Positions 28,701 through 41,094 of a DNA stretch of 64,000 nucleotides are shown in pieces. The stretch lies in contig MU058844.1 of assembly GCA_013265495.1 (NCBI GenBank), forward strand, positions 6,819,260-6,883,259. Direction: 5' to 3'. The notes beneath the pieces are model-generated. The model made no database searches, was not told the DNA's origin, and saw only the letters and a program-made list of their open reading frames with translations. The translations under genes were made by a program, and so were the position numbers. The stretch is from Vicugna vicugna (taxonomy: Eukaryota). Each line of letters starts with the position of its first letter. Positions within the stretch are counted from its first letter, which is position 1.

Positions 28701-31114
28701 CAGGTTACCAAAACATCACAAATCTAAAATCATTTAAGTATTATAATTGCTTACGAATCTCAATTTTATTATTTCATTTTAATAGGTTATTAAACAAATA
28801 AGCAAACAAAACTGTCTTTATAAATAAAATCAAGAGATCATGTCTTCTTCTTTTTTTCCAAATCAACTTTGAACTCTAATTTATTTCTTGTACTGTCAAT
28901 CACAGCTGTTTTGGGCTTTCTGTAATTGGTGAAGTAATTACTTTTCATGCTTTTAAATCATGTGTGCATTTTGTAGCTATTAATCAATTTCCTGCTGTGC
29001 CCTGAGTTAAATTAAATTATAATACCATAAGGGACCCCGATATATTTTTCTCCATACTTTAATGAAGCAATCATCATTGTAGAAGCAAGATTTTATTTTT
29101 CATATATAGAATATAGAGAACAACTGTTTTGCTAGAGCTGACAGATGACATCTACTATCCTTTAGTGCTTACTGTTCTGCAACAGAAAGACTGTGGAATA
29201 ACATATTAAAAGCAAATGATGTGGTACAATTGTTTAGTGACTCCAAACAGCAGCAATTGCTTTTTTCTTCTGCAGCTGTCTGCCCCTTACTCTCTCATTT
29301 GATGAACATGAATGCGGAGTGAATGTAAATACATTTCTGCTGTCTTCTCACTTTCATGGCTACATTGCTTTAGGCAAGCAGTGAATTTAAACCAGTACAT
29401 CCAGAACTTTTAGGGAATAGCAAGGTAGATTTCATGCCTCAAAGTAGTTCTAGTTGGAGCCATACCCAAACTTAAACCAACAGACAGAGCTTCATGATAA
29501 CTAGATAGATAGATAGATCCTAGATGCATTATGGAGAAAGATGATTATGCAGGGATCCAATGCATGTAGTTCAAAGTTGGTGGGCAGCTAATTAAGTTAT
29601 TAATTTATCAGAACTGAGAATTAATAATATTGTGATTAAGTACACTTAAAAATTAAACAATGCTGAGGATTGGCATGAAACATAGATCATAAAATATAAG
29701 CAGGAATGAATTTAAATACCTCAAAATGGAAAATGCTTGTCACATTTCACTATTAGAATTTCAATATGACTTGCCCAAGATTTCTTGCATTAAACAGAAT
29801 TTAACCTTCCATTTTGTTTAAAAAATAGGATCTTAAAATAAAATGTATATGATTTAATTGCCTAAAATGTTACAGGCAAAGTATAATAGAAAAAGATAAA
29901 TTTTTACAAGAATTAAAATATACTCATATATTTCTATGTTGAGGTTTTTGGAATGTTTTCTGCTAAATGAATTCTTATAGAGGTATAAAATTAGAGTTAC
30001 TATGTAAGTATTGCAATTTTATGTGTTATGGAACTATTAAGAGACATTTTCTATGAAGATGTTTATAGCAACTGCACCATAAAGCAAAAGTTATCTTAAA
30101 ATAGAGAATAGGAATTGAATGAAAAAATAAAACAGAAGATCAGAGAATAAGTGTAGATGTAAAAGCTATAATAAATGAAATAGCACAATTAACGATGCTA
30201 AGGAAAACATAATGAGTTAAGGAAATATCTTCTACTTTTTTCTCTATAATTCTTTTGCTGAAGGAGATGTGGTATTTTTTAAATTTATTTTTAAAATAAT
30301 GAAACACTTTCTTCTCTTACCAATTATACACAGTATCATATCACTTTTTCTTTTTAAAAAAAAAATTCTGCCATTTCACACCACAACAATAGAAACAAAA
30401 TACGTGAAAGTAGGAGAGCAAGACTTCGAACCTCATTTAAGTACAATTCTTGTGCTCATGAACTGTTTCTAGAGGAGGAGAGAGGGCTGTTAAGGAAGAC
30501 AGATATCATAGAAGAATGTCAATCACATTTAATAGGCAGTGGTGGAAGGTAATCTTCTTCTCCCTATCAGTCTCTAGCAGAGTGGTAGACAGAACTCATT
30601 ACTGTGCAAATGAACCTGCCAGATGCTTCAGCCATTTACCTCACTAGAGGTCACAGAGAGTTGACACCAGTTAAGGCTGGTTAAATGTGGCTAGGGAAGG
30701 AACAAGAAGACAAAGCAGCTCCATAGGCTGAAATAAACAGTATCATACTGACAATAACCTTAAAGAAGTTTAAAAAGTCTTTGTGGAATTGGGGGCAGGG
30801 GGCAAGGGGGAAAGGTTGCATCAAAGTGATTCCTCCCATCATTTAATATACATGAAAACTGTGGATTTAAGTTTTCCTGGATTATGGTAACAAAATGTCA
30901 GTTCAGGAGCTTTTAGTCTATAAAGATGCATAGGTTCTCAAAAATTCATCTCACTTTCAGTGGGCTACAGCTTCTTAATGGGTCAATCTTTTGACTTAAA
31001 AATACTCAGCACCATCTTCTCAATAATTGTGGTAATACGAATTATTATTTTTAGCCCCACTGTTACTCTCTTCAAGGAGCCCTACTAAGGATCATCTTGT
31101 TTATTTTTCAAAGC

Positions 31115-31260
31115 CATTCAATGAGATAGGCATCATTATCTTTGTTTTACAACTGAGGAAACTGGAGCTACAAGAAGATGGAATTTGCATCAGGGCGTTA
31201 ACTTAAAATTAGATAAGTTCTGATCTGGATTCAGGTAGGTATGACTCCAAAGTCCAACCT
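31115..31260 (-). mobile_element. MIR SINE
   Basis: MIR core: atgagataggcatcattatctttgttttacaactgaggaaactggagct...tgactccaaagtcc. Confidence 0.8.
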
Positions 31261-33619
31261 ACCAGAGTCTAACTATTGTTTTCTTTTGCTTTTTCGCTTC
31301 ATTTTCAATAATGTGTATATGTAGGTATACTGAAAACATACATACTTAAATATAAAGTATTCTAAAATGCCCCTCCTTAGAAAGCCAGTTGAAATTCATA
31401 AATATAATTGCAAGCATATTTATCACTATAAATAAATATATTGTTGAATAAATAACTTTATAGGTCAATAGCCCCAGGGTAATAGCTTAATATTCAATTT
31501 AAGGAACAAAAAATAAACAGAGAAAATTTAATTCTACTCTCAATAATGGCTAATACTTATTTAAATCATATTTAGGTACTCTCTTCAGGAATTTAGAGTA
31601 GGGGTAATTCTTGCAATAATTATATAAGATAGATACAATTTTTCCTATTATATGGATCATATAATTAAGATTTAGCAGTTAATTTACTTGCTCAAATCTA
31701 GAATGGTACTAAAAACTAGAGTTTTACATCTAGTTTTATATCTAGCTTAGAATGTCTAATTCTGAGCCACTCTTGTAGCCAGCTTTCCAAATACAGCAGA
31801 AACAAGTATTAAGATTAACATTAGTAAATAAAAAGACTATATAATATTTTTCCAGGTTTTGTTATGCATTCTAAAATAGCTCTAATAATAAATGATCTTG
31901 GCTAGAACTCACTCAATGAAAATTTGAATATCACTATGTCATGAAAGAATAAGAATAAAAGTATGATGGAGAATAACCAGGAGTTCCTTTTATTTCTCCA
32001 ATATCTTCTTTGCTAGTTCTCAATTCAGTCCCATTTCCATGTAGCCCTTTTCCCTAAATCACAGACTTTCTGACAAAATGGTCAATTAAATTCATAGTAT
32101 TTGAATGTCTCTGACTTTCTTCTCTCTTATATCCTCTATTCACAGAACAGAGAAAGTGACATGAAGCCAGTAATGGCTCTGATTTCCTGCTTTAACAAAA
32201 TATCAGATTTAAAAAAAAATATTTTCAATTGTTTCATTTTAAATAAGAAAATATTTATATAAGAGAATTAGTCAGTTTAAAACTTCTTAATCATATCCAT
32301 TGCACAATAAATTCAATGACTATAACTACCTGATGGTGACAAATATACATGTGCAAAACTGCCTTCATTGTCAGATCTTTGCATATAACTTAATGTTGGA
32401 CTGATATATTTTTTAAAAAGAGAAAAATCATAACATTAACTAACAATTTCTAGCTAACATATTTTCCTAGTGAACTTTCCAGTGTTTCTCTAGCCATGAT
32501 TTCAAGTTAACCTTTCAAAGATAAAAGAGCTGAAAATAAACAAATCAATGTGAGAGGAAAACCGGAAAGATTTTATCTTTGGAAGGCAGAGGAAGAAAGA
32601 GACTGAGACAGAGACAGAGGGTAAGATCAGAGGTACATTAATCATAACAAATAATCTAGCCCAGAAGGGAACACTGGAAATTAGGAACTAGTGATGGGTA
32701 AGCCTTTCAAGGTTTAAAGATGGGGTCCAGATAAGAAACTCAACATTCTTGTGATTATCCTAAACTTTCTCATAGAGGCTGAAATCAGATTGGAAATATG
32801 AGAACAAGCTTTCTTGTAATATATTGCTCTTTCCAGAGTCAATCCAGCTGGAAATGCATAGAAGCATGAAAATGAAAAAGAAAACAAACAGAAATAAGCT
32901 AACCAAATTTTGAACTATAGGAAAGGTTCATTTGGGTTTGCATAGGCAAAGGTCGTTTTTTTTTTTTTTTTAATCTGGATTGATTGTTCCCTTGTTTCTA
33001 ATAAGAGCACTTTGTTGTTTTTTGCAAATGAGCCTTCATGGAAATAGTTCATCATGTCTCCACAAAGATCTAGGATTATTATTTTTACCCTGAGAAAGAG
33101 TTTAAAACATGGCAAAAGTGTTGAAGAAAAGGACATGGTTTTGGATTAGGGCATAATGGTTGAAATTGAAAGTAATTAATGAGAATGTTCTCACAAATGG
33201 TGCTGATAGCAAAATGGATGAATTATGCTATAATAGACTCAGGAAACCTTTGAAGGCCAGAAGTCTGACAGAATGATACAAAGGGATCAATGCACAAATT
33301 GTAGTATTAGTGCTGATTCAATTTTTCTAAAGAGAAACATTATAATTACAGAGCCAATTATTTCAATCCGTAATAATGCACTGAATAAGTGTCTACATAT
33401 TCATGTCTAAACTTATTTTATGGTTCAGAGAACAAAAAACACAGGTTAAGGAAGCAAAACTGCTGACTATTTTAATTTGATGTGAAGAACAAGAGTTTTA
33501 GGCTGTGCAAAAGAAAATAACTTTATATATGGCAAGAATCTCTCTCAACTTTAAAAAAACAAACCAAATCAAACCTTTATTTTCTCAAAGTCCAAATTTT
33601 ATACATAACACACACACAC

Positions 33620-34170
33620 CATGTTTTGTCCTTGTTAAGTAAAAGCCAACTTAATGATGCTTTAATAATGGAAGAAATCAGTAGATTTATGTAACTGAAA
33701 AGCCGAGAGATTAAGGTGGTGGCAGACACGACAAAAGCAGACTCCAGATCCATTTTTCTCTGACTCTTTCAGCAATGCCCTGTTCCCTAGGTTGGCATAT
33801 TTTACACAGCATAAAGAATGGCTGCTATTCACACCACAGGCTATGAGTTCTTTGGTTCACGTTAAGAATGAAGTAGAAGATCAAATCTGATCACCAGAAA
33901 GTAATGCCAGAATTTGGCCAAGGAATGCTAACTCATTTATCGAGGCAACTATGTATTGATTTCTAAACCAAACTTTCAGCAAAGGGACACGTTTCTGTTG
34001 ATTGGATGATGCCACTGGGGGCCTATCCATGGAGCTTGGTATGAATTTAATACCATCAAAATCATGATGATGAATAAAATTGGAAGAAGGCTGGTTTCCC
34101 AAAGGAAAATCTGGAGGCTGTTAAAAAAAAAATGGGATAGCTAGTGAAAAGAAAAGCAATGACTACTCAA
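33620..34170 (-). mobile_element. Old MaLR LTR (MLT1K-like)
   Basis: tatgtaactgaaaagcc...gaatggctgct...ggtttcccaaaggaaaatctggaggctgtt. Confidence 0.6.
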
Positions 34171-34548
34171 ACAGTAATAAATAGAATGGATGTAGAGATA
34201 AAAGTCCTTATGTAAGAAAGACTATAAAATGGGACTCTATATAAAAAAGCTATTTTATTTTTATGCATAATCATTATTTATTGAATCACTCTAAATTTAA
34301 ATTTGATGTCTTACACAAGTACTTTATTCTTACAAAAGTTACTTAAATCTGTGTACTGTTTGCATTATAGGGAAGTCAATATATCTGAGGTTATATATCA
34401 CCATCTCTTAACAATTTGCCTCATTCCTACTTTTTCAGTCCCTATTGCCTAAATCAACTTCTAAACAACTTCCTCAAACAAAGCACAACGGTAAAAACAG
34501 AAGAGGCAATTAAAGAGATAATTTTACTTCAAAAAATTAATTTACGTC

Positions 34549-34676
34549 TTTTTTTTTCATTTTTTTTTGTGGGGGGTAATTAGGTTTTTTTTTTATTTAT
34601 TGGAGGTATAGGGGACTGAATTCAGGACCTCCAGCATGCTAAGCATGCACTCTACCGATTGAGCTATACCCTCCCC
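34549..34676 (-). mobile_element. Camelid tRNA-Ala-derived SINE (vic-1 type)
   Basis: Minus strand: ggggagggtatagctcaatcggtagagtgcatgcttagcatgctggaggtcctgaattcagtcccctatacctcca, then an A-rich spacer, cctaattacccccc and an A tail; A box and an AGC anticodon-like loop are visible. Confidence 0.88.
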
Positions 34677-34899
34677 CCAATCTTTATTTAAAATATTCAG
34701 ATGTGTTGTTTTTATTACATCTATTCAGCATGCTACTTGATGTCATTTTATGCATATTAAATGTTGAAAATATTCCTATATTTTCACAAAAAATAAAATC
34801 TAATTTCATCTAAATTTGAACTCCTATTTCTAACAAGTTGTAATTTTTTATCTTCTCTATATATACAGTTATTTTTCATTTTTCTTAGTTTCTTTTACT

Positions 34900-35380
34900 T
34901 TCATTCATTCATGTATTTATTAACTATTTACAAGTACTTATTATGAACTATAGTCACTTTTCTATTATTGTGGTACAATGATAAAACTAAATAAATTAAC
35001 TCTCTAGCCTCACTAAATTTATAGACTAATAGAGGGCAGTGAATGATAAACAGAATGTAGTATTTTGATGATGATAAAAATTATTGAGAAAAGAAAAGGA
35101 GAGAAACAGGGAGGGTAGAGAGGGATGATTTCAATATTAAATACTGTCATCAAGGATACAGTTTCAGGAAAGAAATAATGAATACCTCTATTGAGGACAT
35201 TTGTGTGGATATCAGGTGAAAACAGATTGTAGGCAAAGAAAAAGCAGGTGAAAAGTCCTTAGACAGAACATGTCTGGAATTCTTCAGGGACAACAAAGAA
35301 TAATGTTTGGGCAGAGCGGGATTAAGTTAGAGGGAGAGTTAGTGGAAAATTAAGTTAGAGAGGAAACGGGAAGTCAGACT
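34900..35380 (-). mobile_element. LINE-2 3' fragment
   Basis: ttcattcattcatgtatttat...acaagtacttattatg tail followed by purine-rich body. Confidence 0.6.
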
Positions 35381-35459
35381 GTCTCTCTCTCACTCTCTCC
35401 TTACTCTATCTCAGTCATAAATATGAAAGGTGTTATCTACTTGATGAATTCTCCTATGA

Positions 35460-36540
35460 ATCATTGTCCAATCATTGTCTTTAATGATTAACTCTAATTT
35501 GGTTTCCTCTTTGAGTTGTATCTTTATTAATTTTTAAAATTTATGATTATTTTACTGTCCTTTATTTTGATCTTTGGGAGGATAAATAATCTCAATTATT
35601 TTCAATTTTCCTATTTGATGATAATCAGATTAAAGATATCTGTTTCTCTGAGTATCACTTTAGCTCTACCTGCAAGCTTTTGATGCACTGAGTTCTCTAT
35701 GTTATGTTTATGATAAGGTTGTAATTTCCATTTCAATATTCTTTTTTAATCTGTCTGAATAGTGTTTTATCATAGGGCTTATCAGTTTCCAGATCTATAA
35801 ATATTTTCAGGTACTCTTGTAATTATATCTAATTTTATTCCATTGTACTCAGATAAAATGATCTATATTATTCCTGCATTTTGGTATTTCTCATTAATGC
35901 CTTTGTGTTCATTGTTTTTGGCACTACATATGGGTTTGAAAGCAACGTAAATCTTCGCTCTTGGAGGTTTAAAATTTAATTATAACTGTACCAGGCAGAA
36001 TAATGACCTATAAAAGATGTCCATGTCCTAATCCCTAGAGCCTGTGAATATCTTATTTTAAATGATAAAGGGAATTTGCAGACATGATTAAGATTATGGA
36101 TCGTGAAATGGGAAGATTATTCTAAACTAACTGGGTGGGCATAAATATTTGAGTCCTTAAATACAGAGAAATTTTCCCAGCTGTTGTCAGAGAGACAGAT
36201 GTGTGTGACAACTGAAGAAAAGTTTTAAAGAGATGTGACTTTGCTGGCTTTGAAGATGGGAGCTATGAACCAAGGTTCTTGAGCAGCCTCTAAGAAGCTA
36301 CAAAAGTCAAGGTTAACAGATTCTCTCCCAGAGGCTCAAGAAAGGAAGGAAGCCTCACTTACACTTTGATTTTAGCTCAGTGAGAACCATGTCAAATTTC
36401 TGACTTACAGAACTGTAAGACAATATATTTGTATTGTTTAAACCACTAAGTTTGTGATGATTTTTATAGCAGTGATAGAAAACTAGTACAATATCTACTA
36501 GATCAAGCTGTTGATTCAGTTATTTACCTCTTATATATAA
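35460..36540 (-). mobile_element. Ancient L1M ORF2 (endonuclease region) remnant, host of nested MLT1D and young L1
   Basis: tctaattttattccattgtactcagataaaatgatctatattatt...; tactagatcaagctgttgatt resumes after the LTR. Confidence 0.55.
35987..36490 (+). mobile_element. MLT1D MaLR solo LTR
   Basis: tgtaccaggcagaataatg...aaagatgtccatgtcctaatccctagagcctgtgaatat...ttgctggctttgaagatgg...aaaactagtaca; TG...CA ends, flanks ataac/atatc. Confidence 0.9.
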
Positions 36541-38496
36541 TTTTTTTTCTATTGAATTATACTTGATCTACAATGTTGTGTTAGTTCCAGGTATACAGAA
36601 AAGTGACTCATTTATACATATATATATATCTATATATTCTTTTCCCATTATAGGTTATTTTTCCACTTTAAGTTCTTCTAAGATACTGAATAGTTTTCTG
36701 TGCTATATAGTAGGTCCTTGATGTTTATTTTATATATAGTAGTGCATATCTGTTAATCCTAAATTCCTAATTCATCCCTTCCCTACCCACTTTCACCTTC
36801 AGTAACTATGTGTGTTTTCTTTGTGAGTCTGTTTCTATTTCGTACATATGTTCATTTGTATCATTTTGCGATTCCAATATAAGTGATATCATATAATGTT
36901 TGTCTTCTTCTGTCTAACTTACTTCATTTAGTATGATAATTTCTAGGTCCATCCATGTTGGTGCAAATGGCATTATTTCATTACTTTTTATGGCTGAGTA
37001 GTATTCCACTGCATATATATACCACATCTTCTTTAGCCATTCATTCATCAATGGACATTTAGGTTGCTTCCATGTCTTGGCTATTGTGAGTAGTGCTGCT
37101 ATAAACACTGGGGTGCATGTAACTTTTTGTATTAAGGTTTTTGTATTTTCTGGATGTATGCCCAAGAATGGGATTGCTGGATCAAATGGTGGCTCTATTT
37201 TTAGTTTTTTAAAGGAACTTCCAGACTGTTTTCTATAGTGACTGCACCAATTTACATTCCTACCAACAGTGTAGGAAGGTTCCCTTTTCCCACACCCTCT
37301 CCAGCATTTATCATTTGTAGACTTTTTGATGATGGCCATTCTGACTGGTGTGAGGTGATACCTCATTATAATTTTGATTTGCATTTCTCTAGTAATTAGC
37401 AATGTGGAGCACCTCTTCATGTGCCTGTTGGCCATCTGTATGTCTATTTAGATCTTCTGACCATTTTTCTGATTAGGTTTTTTGTTTGTTTGTTTGGGCT
37501 TTTTTTGATACTGAGCTGAATGAGCTGTTTATATATTTTGGAAATTTAAGCCCCTGTTGGTTGCATCATTTACAAATACTGTCTTCTACTCTATTGGTCA
37601 TCTTTTTGTTTTGTTTATGGTTTTCTTTGCTGTACAAAAGCTTATAAATTTGCTTAGGTCCCATTTATTTATTTTTGCTTTTATTTCTTTTGCCTTGGGA
37701 GACGGACAGAAAAAAAATTGCTATGACTTATGTCAAAGAATGTTTTGCCTATTTTCTCTTCTAGGAATTTTATGGTGTCATGTCTTATATATATAAGTCT
37801 TTAAGCCATCTTGAGTTTATTTTTGTGTATGGTGTGAGGGAGTTTTCCAACTTCACTGATTTACATGAAGCTGTCCAGCTTTCCCAACACCACCTGGTGA
37901 AGAGACTGTCTTTTCTCCATTGTATATTCTTGCCTCCTTTGTTGAAGGTTAATTGACAGCAGCGGTGTAGGTTTATTTCTGGGCTCTCTATTCTGTTTCA
38001 CTAATCCATATGTCTGTTTTTGTTCCAATACCATTCTGTTTTGATTACTGTAGCTTGTAGATTTGTCTGAAGTCTGGGAGGTTTATGCCTCCAGCTTATA
38101 CCCACTTTGGTGAGAGTTTTTATCATGAATGAATGCTGAATTTTACCAAATGCTTTTTATGCATCTATTGAGATGAGCATGTGTTTTTTTTCCTTTTTTT
38201 GTTGATCTGGTGTATCACATTGATTGATTTGTGTATGTTCAATGATCCTTGTAACCCTGGGATGAATCCAACTGATTATAGTGTATGATCCTTCCTATGT
38301 GTTGTTGGATTTGGTTTGCTAATATTTTGTTGAGGATTTTAAAATCTATATTCTTCAAGAATATAGGCCTATAATTTTCTTTTTTGGTAGTATCTTTGTC
38401 TGGTTTTGGTATCAGGGTGATGGTGGCTTCATAAAATGACTTTGGAAATGTTCCTTCCTCTTCAATCTTTTGGAAGACTTTGAGAAGGATCAGTAT
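36541..38496 (-). mobile_element. Young 5'-truncated L1 (3' part of ORF2 plus 3'UTR) with an internal deletion
   Basis: ORF 36914..37435 gives ORF2p C-terminus ([15 protein letters not shown]...KCWRGCG...[10 protein letters not shown]); cetartiodactyl-type 3'UTR; RT-region sequence at 38100-38495. Confidence 0.95.
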
Positions 38497-39245
38497 ATTT
38501 TTTCTTTTCTTTTTATTATTTTCACCCTGACTTACTAATTTCTAAGCTGATTTGATAAACTGTTGGGTTTTGTCACATTTTTCTTTTATTTTCATCACTT
38601 TTTCCTTTATATTTAGAGCAAAGCTACATTGTTAATTAAGTAACACTTTAGAGGTGATATATTTTAACATCTCCCAGAATGAAAAAAACAAGTATTTTAA
38701 AAAGGAAGACTGTCTTTTATTTTTAACACTATTATATTAATATTAACATAATACCTATGTTAATAATCATGTATATGCAAGAAGACAAACTAAAGTGTGT
38801 CTTACGTTCTCCTTTCATATTTGTGGCTAGTTCAGGAAGTCTTGCCATACTTATGAAGTAATCAAAAATTGCCAAAAGAGGTCTTGTTAAAATGATGAAA
38901 GTATTGGATACTGATTATTAAAGAAAAGTTTCAATAATTGGTCTTACTGAGCCTACAGAAAAGAAGACAGAGAAACTTTAATGAAAGTCTTCAAATACGA
39001 AGTGATGCAAAACAATGAATGAATCATCCCTTTTGTCAAAGAAAAGGTAAATATATATTAGAGCAGAGCTTAATTATCCCAGACAGAAAAAAAAATTCTA
39101 ACTTTGGAATTTTAAGGGTTCCAGATGCATTTTACACTTATTCTACTGAGATATTAAAAAATTAACCTGAAGATCTGGTTGTCTGCAAATCTGCTTATAA
39201 GATCCCTTCTTTAGAACAGAGTCTAGCTTTCTATCCATCTTGCTA

Positions 39246-39770
39246 TTGTCAGTGCCTTTCAGCGGAAAACCACCAGGAATACAACTGTAGTTAAATCAAT
39301 TTGAGTTTATCACTGGTTGCAGCGGGATACAGGAACCATGGTGCATCTCACTAAAAGGGTGTTAGAAAGAACTTGGAAAACTTGAACATCAATTGAATAC
39401 TTTGGTGAAAGAAGTGGAGGAAGTTTGCTCTTGATTAGGTATCATGAGAAAGCAGGGACAATTCTGTGATTAGGCGTATCAATAAATCTTACCTCTAGGG
39501 AGCAGACTAGAGTGAGGATGAAATATAACAGGTAAAAAAGTAGCAATCATTCACAGAGTAAGAGAGAAGGAGATGTTTGATATTTTGTGGGTTGCTCAGT
39601 GACTTAGTCTAAAGTGGATGTTTTATAAGATTACGTCCAAGGGGAGCACAACATGACTTAGCTTTCAGAAGCATCATCAGATAAATGTGTAATAACATGA
39701 AGGCTTAGTTGTGAGCATGATGTTTGTTGCCTAAAGTTCAATGTCTGGGGATGCTTTTTTTCCCCTCACA
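39246..39770 (-). mobile_element. ERV1-class solo LTR (MER110-like)
   Basis: Minus strand begins tgtgaggggaaaaaaagcatccccagac; contains gataaactcaaattg...acagttgtattcctggtggtttt near the 3' end. Confidence 0.55.
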
Positions 39771-41094
39771 CTACATATTCAGCACTAAATAGCATTAAAA
39801 AAGAGGGAAGATGGTATTTCATTGGTCTTAACAAGAACTTCTTTTTAGAAAGAACAGTGCGATATTGGGTAGTTTTGTACATTTTAAAGAAGACTTTATA
39901 ATTACTGAATTTTTCATTAGCTAAAATATTGAGCAACATATTTTTTTCTGAAGATAAAAGATTTCTCCATTTGAAATTTAGAAAAATATAATTTTTTTTG
40001 CTTTATATGAACTGTGTGGTTACATGAAAATTGCTTTCCAATAGTTCTTCAGTATTACATACTATTTCATAAGTACCTGGGGAATTTACTCTGAAGACTG
40101 ATCAGGAAACTAGACCAACTTCCTTAAATTGATTTGTTGGTGTATTATACTGCATGAGGAGGATTTATAGTTGGACGTAACAAAGCAAAAAGAAAAAAAA
40201 AGGTAAAGATTCATTGGAATCAAATAAGAGCAAAAAAGTTAGTACTTGAGCACATTTCTTAAGAAAATTATTATCAACTCTGACTTTGGGGAACCATTAT
40301 GAAATCTATAAGGAGCATCAAATGGATTTGATGGTAAAAACAACTCATCTTTGATTTCACAACATGGAGAATAGTTATAAAAAGTCTCATTCCTTCAATC
40401 TGTATTAGGACAATGCGGGGTAAAAAGTTTTGCTTTGCTAGCAAAAAGTGAAGCCAAAGTAATTCAATTTAATTACCTTGTGATATATTTTATGTGTGCT
40501 TTTACTTAAGCAATGCTTCAGAAACTTTGATTCTATGAGGCAAGTGAGTTTAGCCATTTTTAATACAGTAATCAGGTTGTTTGGTTTTTTTCTTTCTTTT
40601 TTTGAGACTGGAATTACAATCTTAATTTACAACAAAGATTTATTTATTTATTATTTAAATTTTTAAAATGCCACCTGCAGCAGGGCTAAATTAAGTGGAG
40701 TTACATCCAAATCTGCCTACTTCTACCTCACAGAAACAATATCTCTCTTCAAATCTGCATATTTTACATTAAATAACCCTGACATTTCAGGTTAATGAGA
40801 AATTACTCTTTCAATAAATTTTTTGAACTTCTGAATCTCAGATAAATTTCATTTTAGACAAAATTATTATTTTCATGTCATGTGGGATTAGTGCCACTTA
40901 AATTGACTGAATCCATTTATAGGATTTTGGCAATTTTTCTTCAAAACTAAAAATTTAAAAAATACACTATAGTATTTAAACCAAAGAATTCATGATTCAC
41001 AGGAATAATTTGATCCCCACTTTAGCAATACCAAACATAAAAATTTATTTTTATTATTCAAATATGCACCATAAAAAAGAAATATACCAACTTT

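Noticed and set aside
30641..30654. CTCF-like site TCACTAGAGGTCAC
   Set aside because: Two mismatches to the core consensus; not supportable without ChIP data.
34600..34676. Functional tRNA-Ala gene
   Set aside because: It carries the SINE tail and has a mutated B box and stems; a retroposed SINE.
36914..37435. 173-aa ORF as an intact or domesticated L1 ORF2 C-terminal protein
   Set aside because: It is open only through compensating frameshifts: a base is lost at tgtgg-gaaaagg and one gained at ttccttt, replacing the HCWWEC segment with [11 protein letters not shown]. The native frame contains TAG stops.
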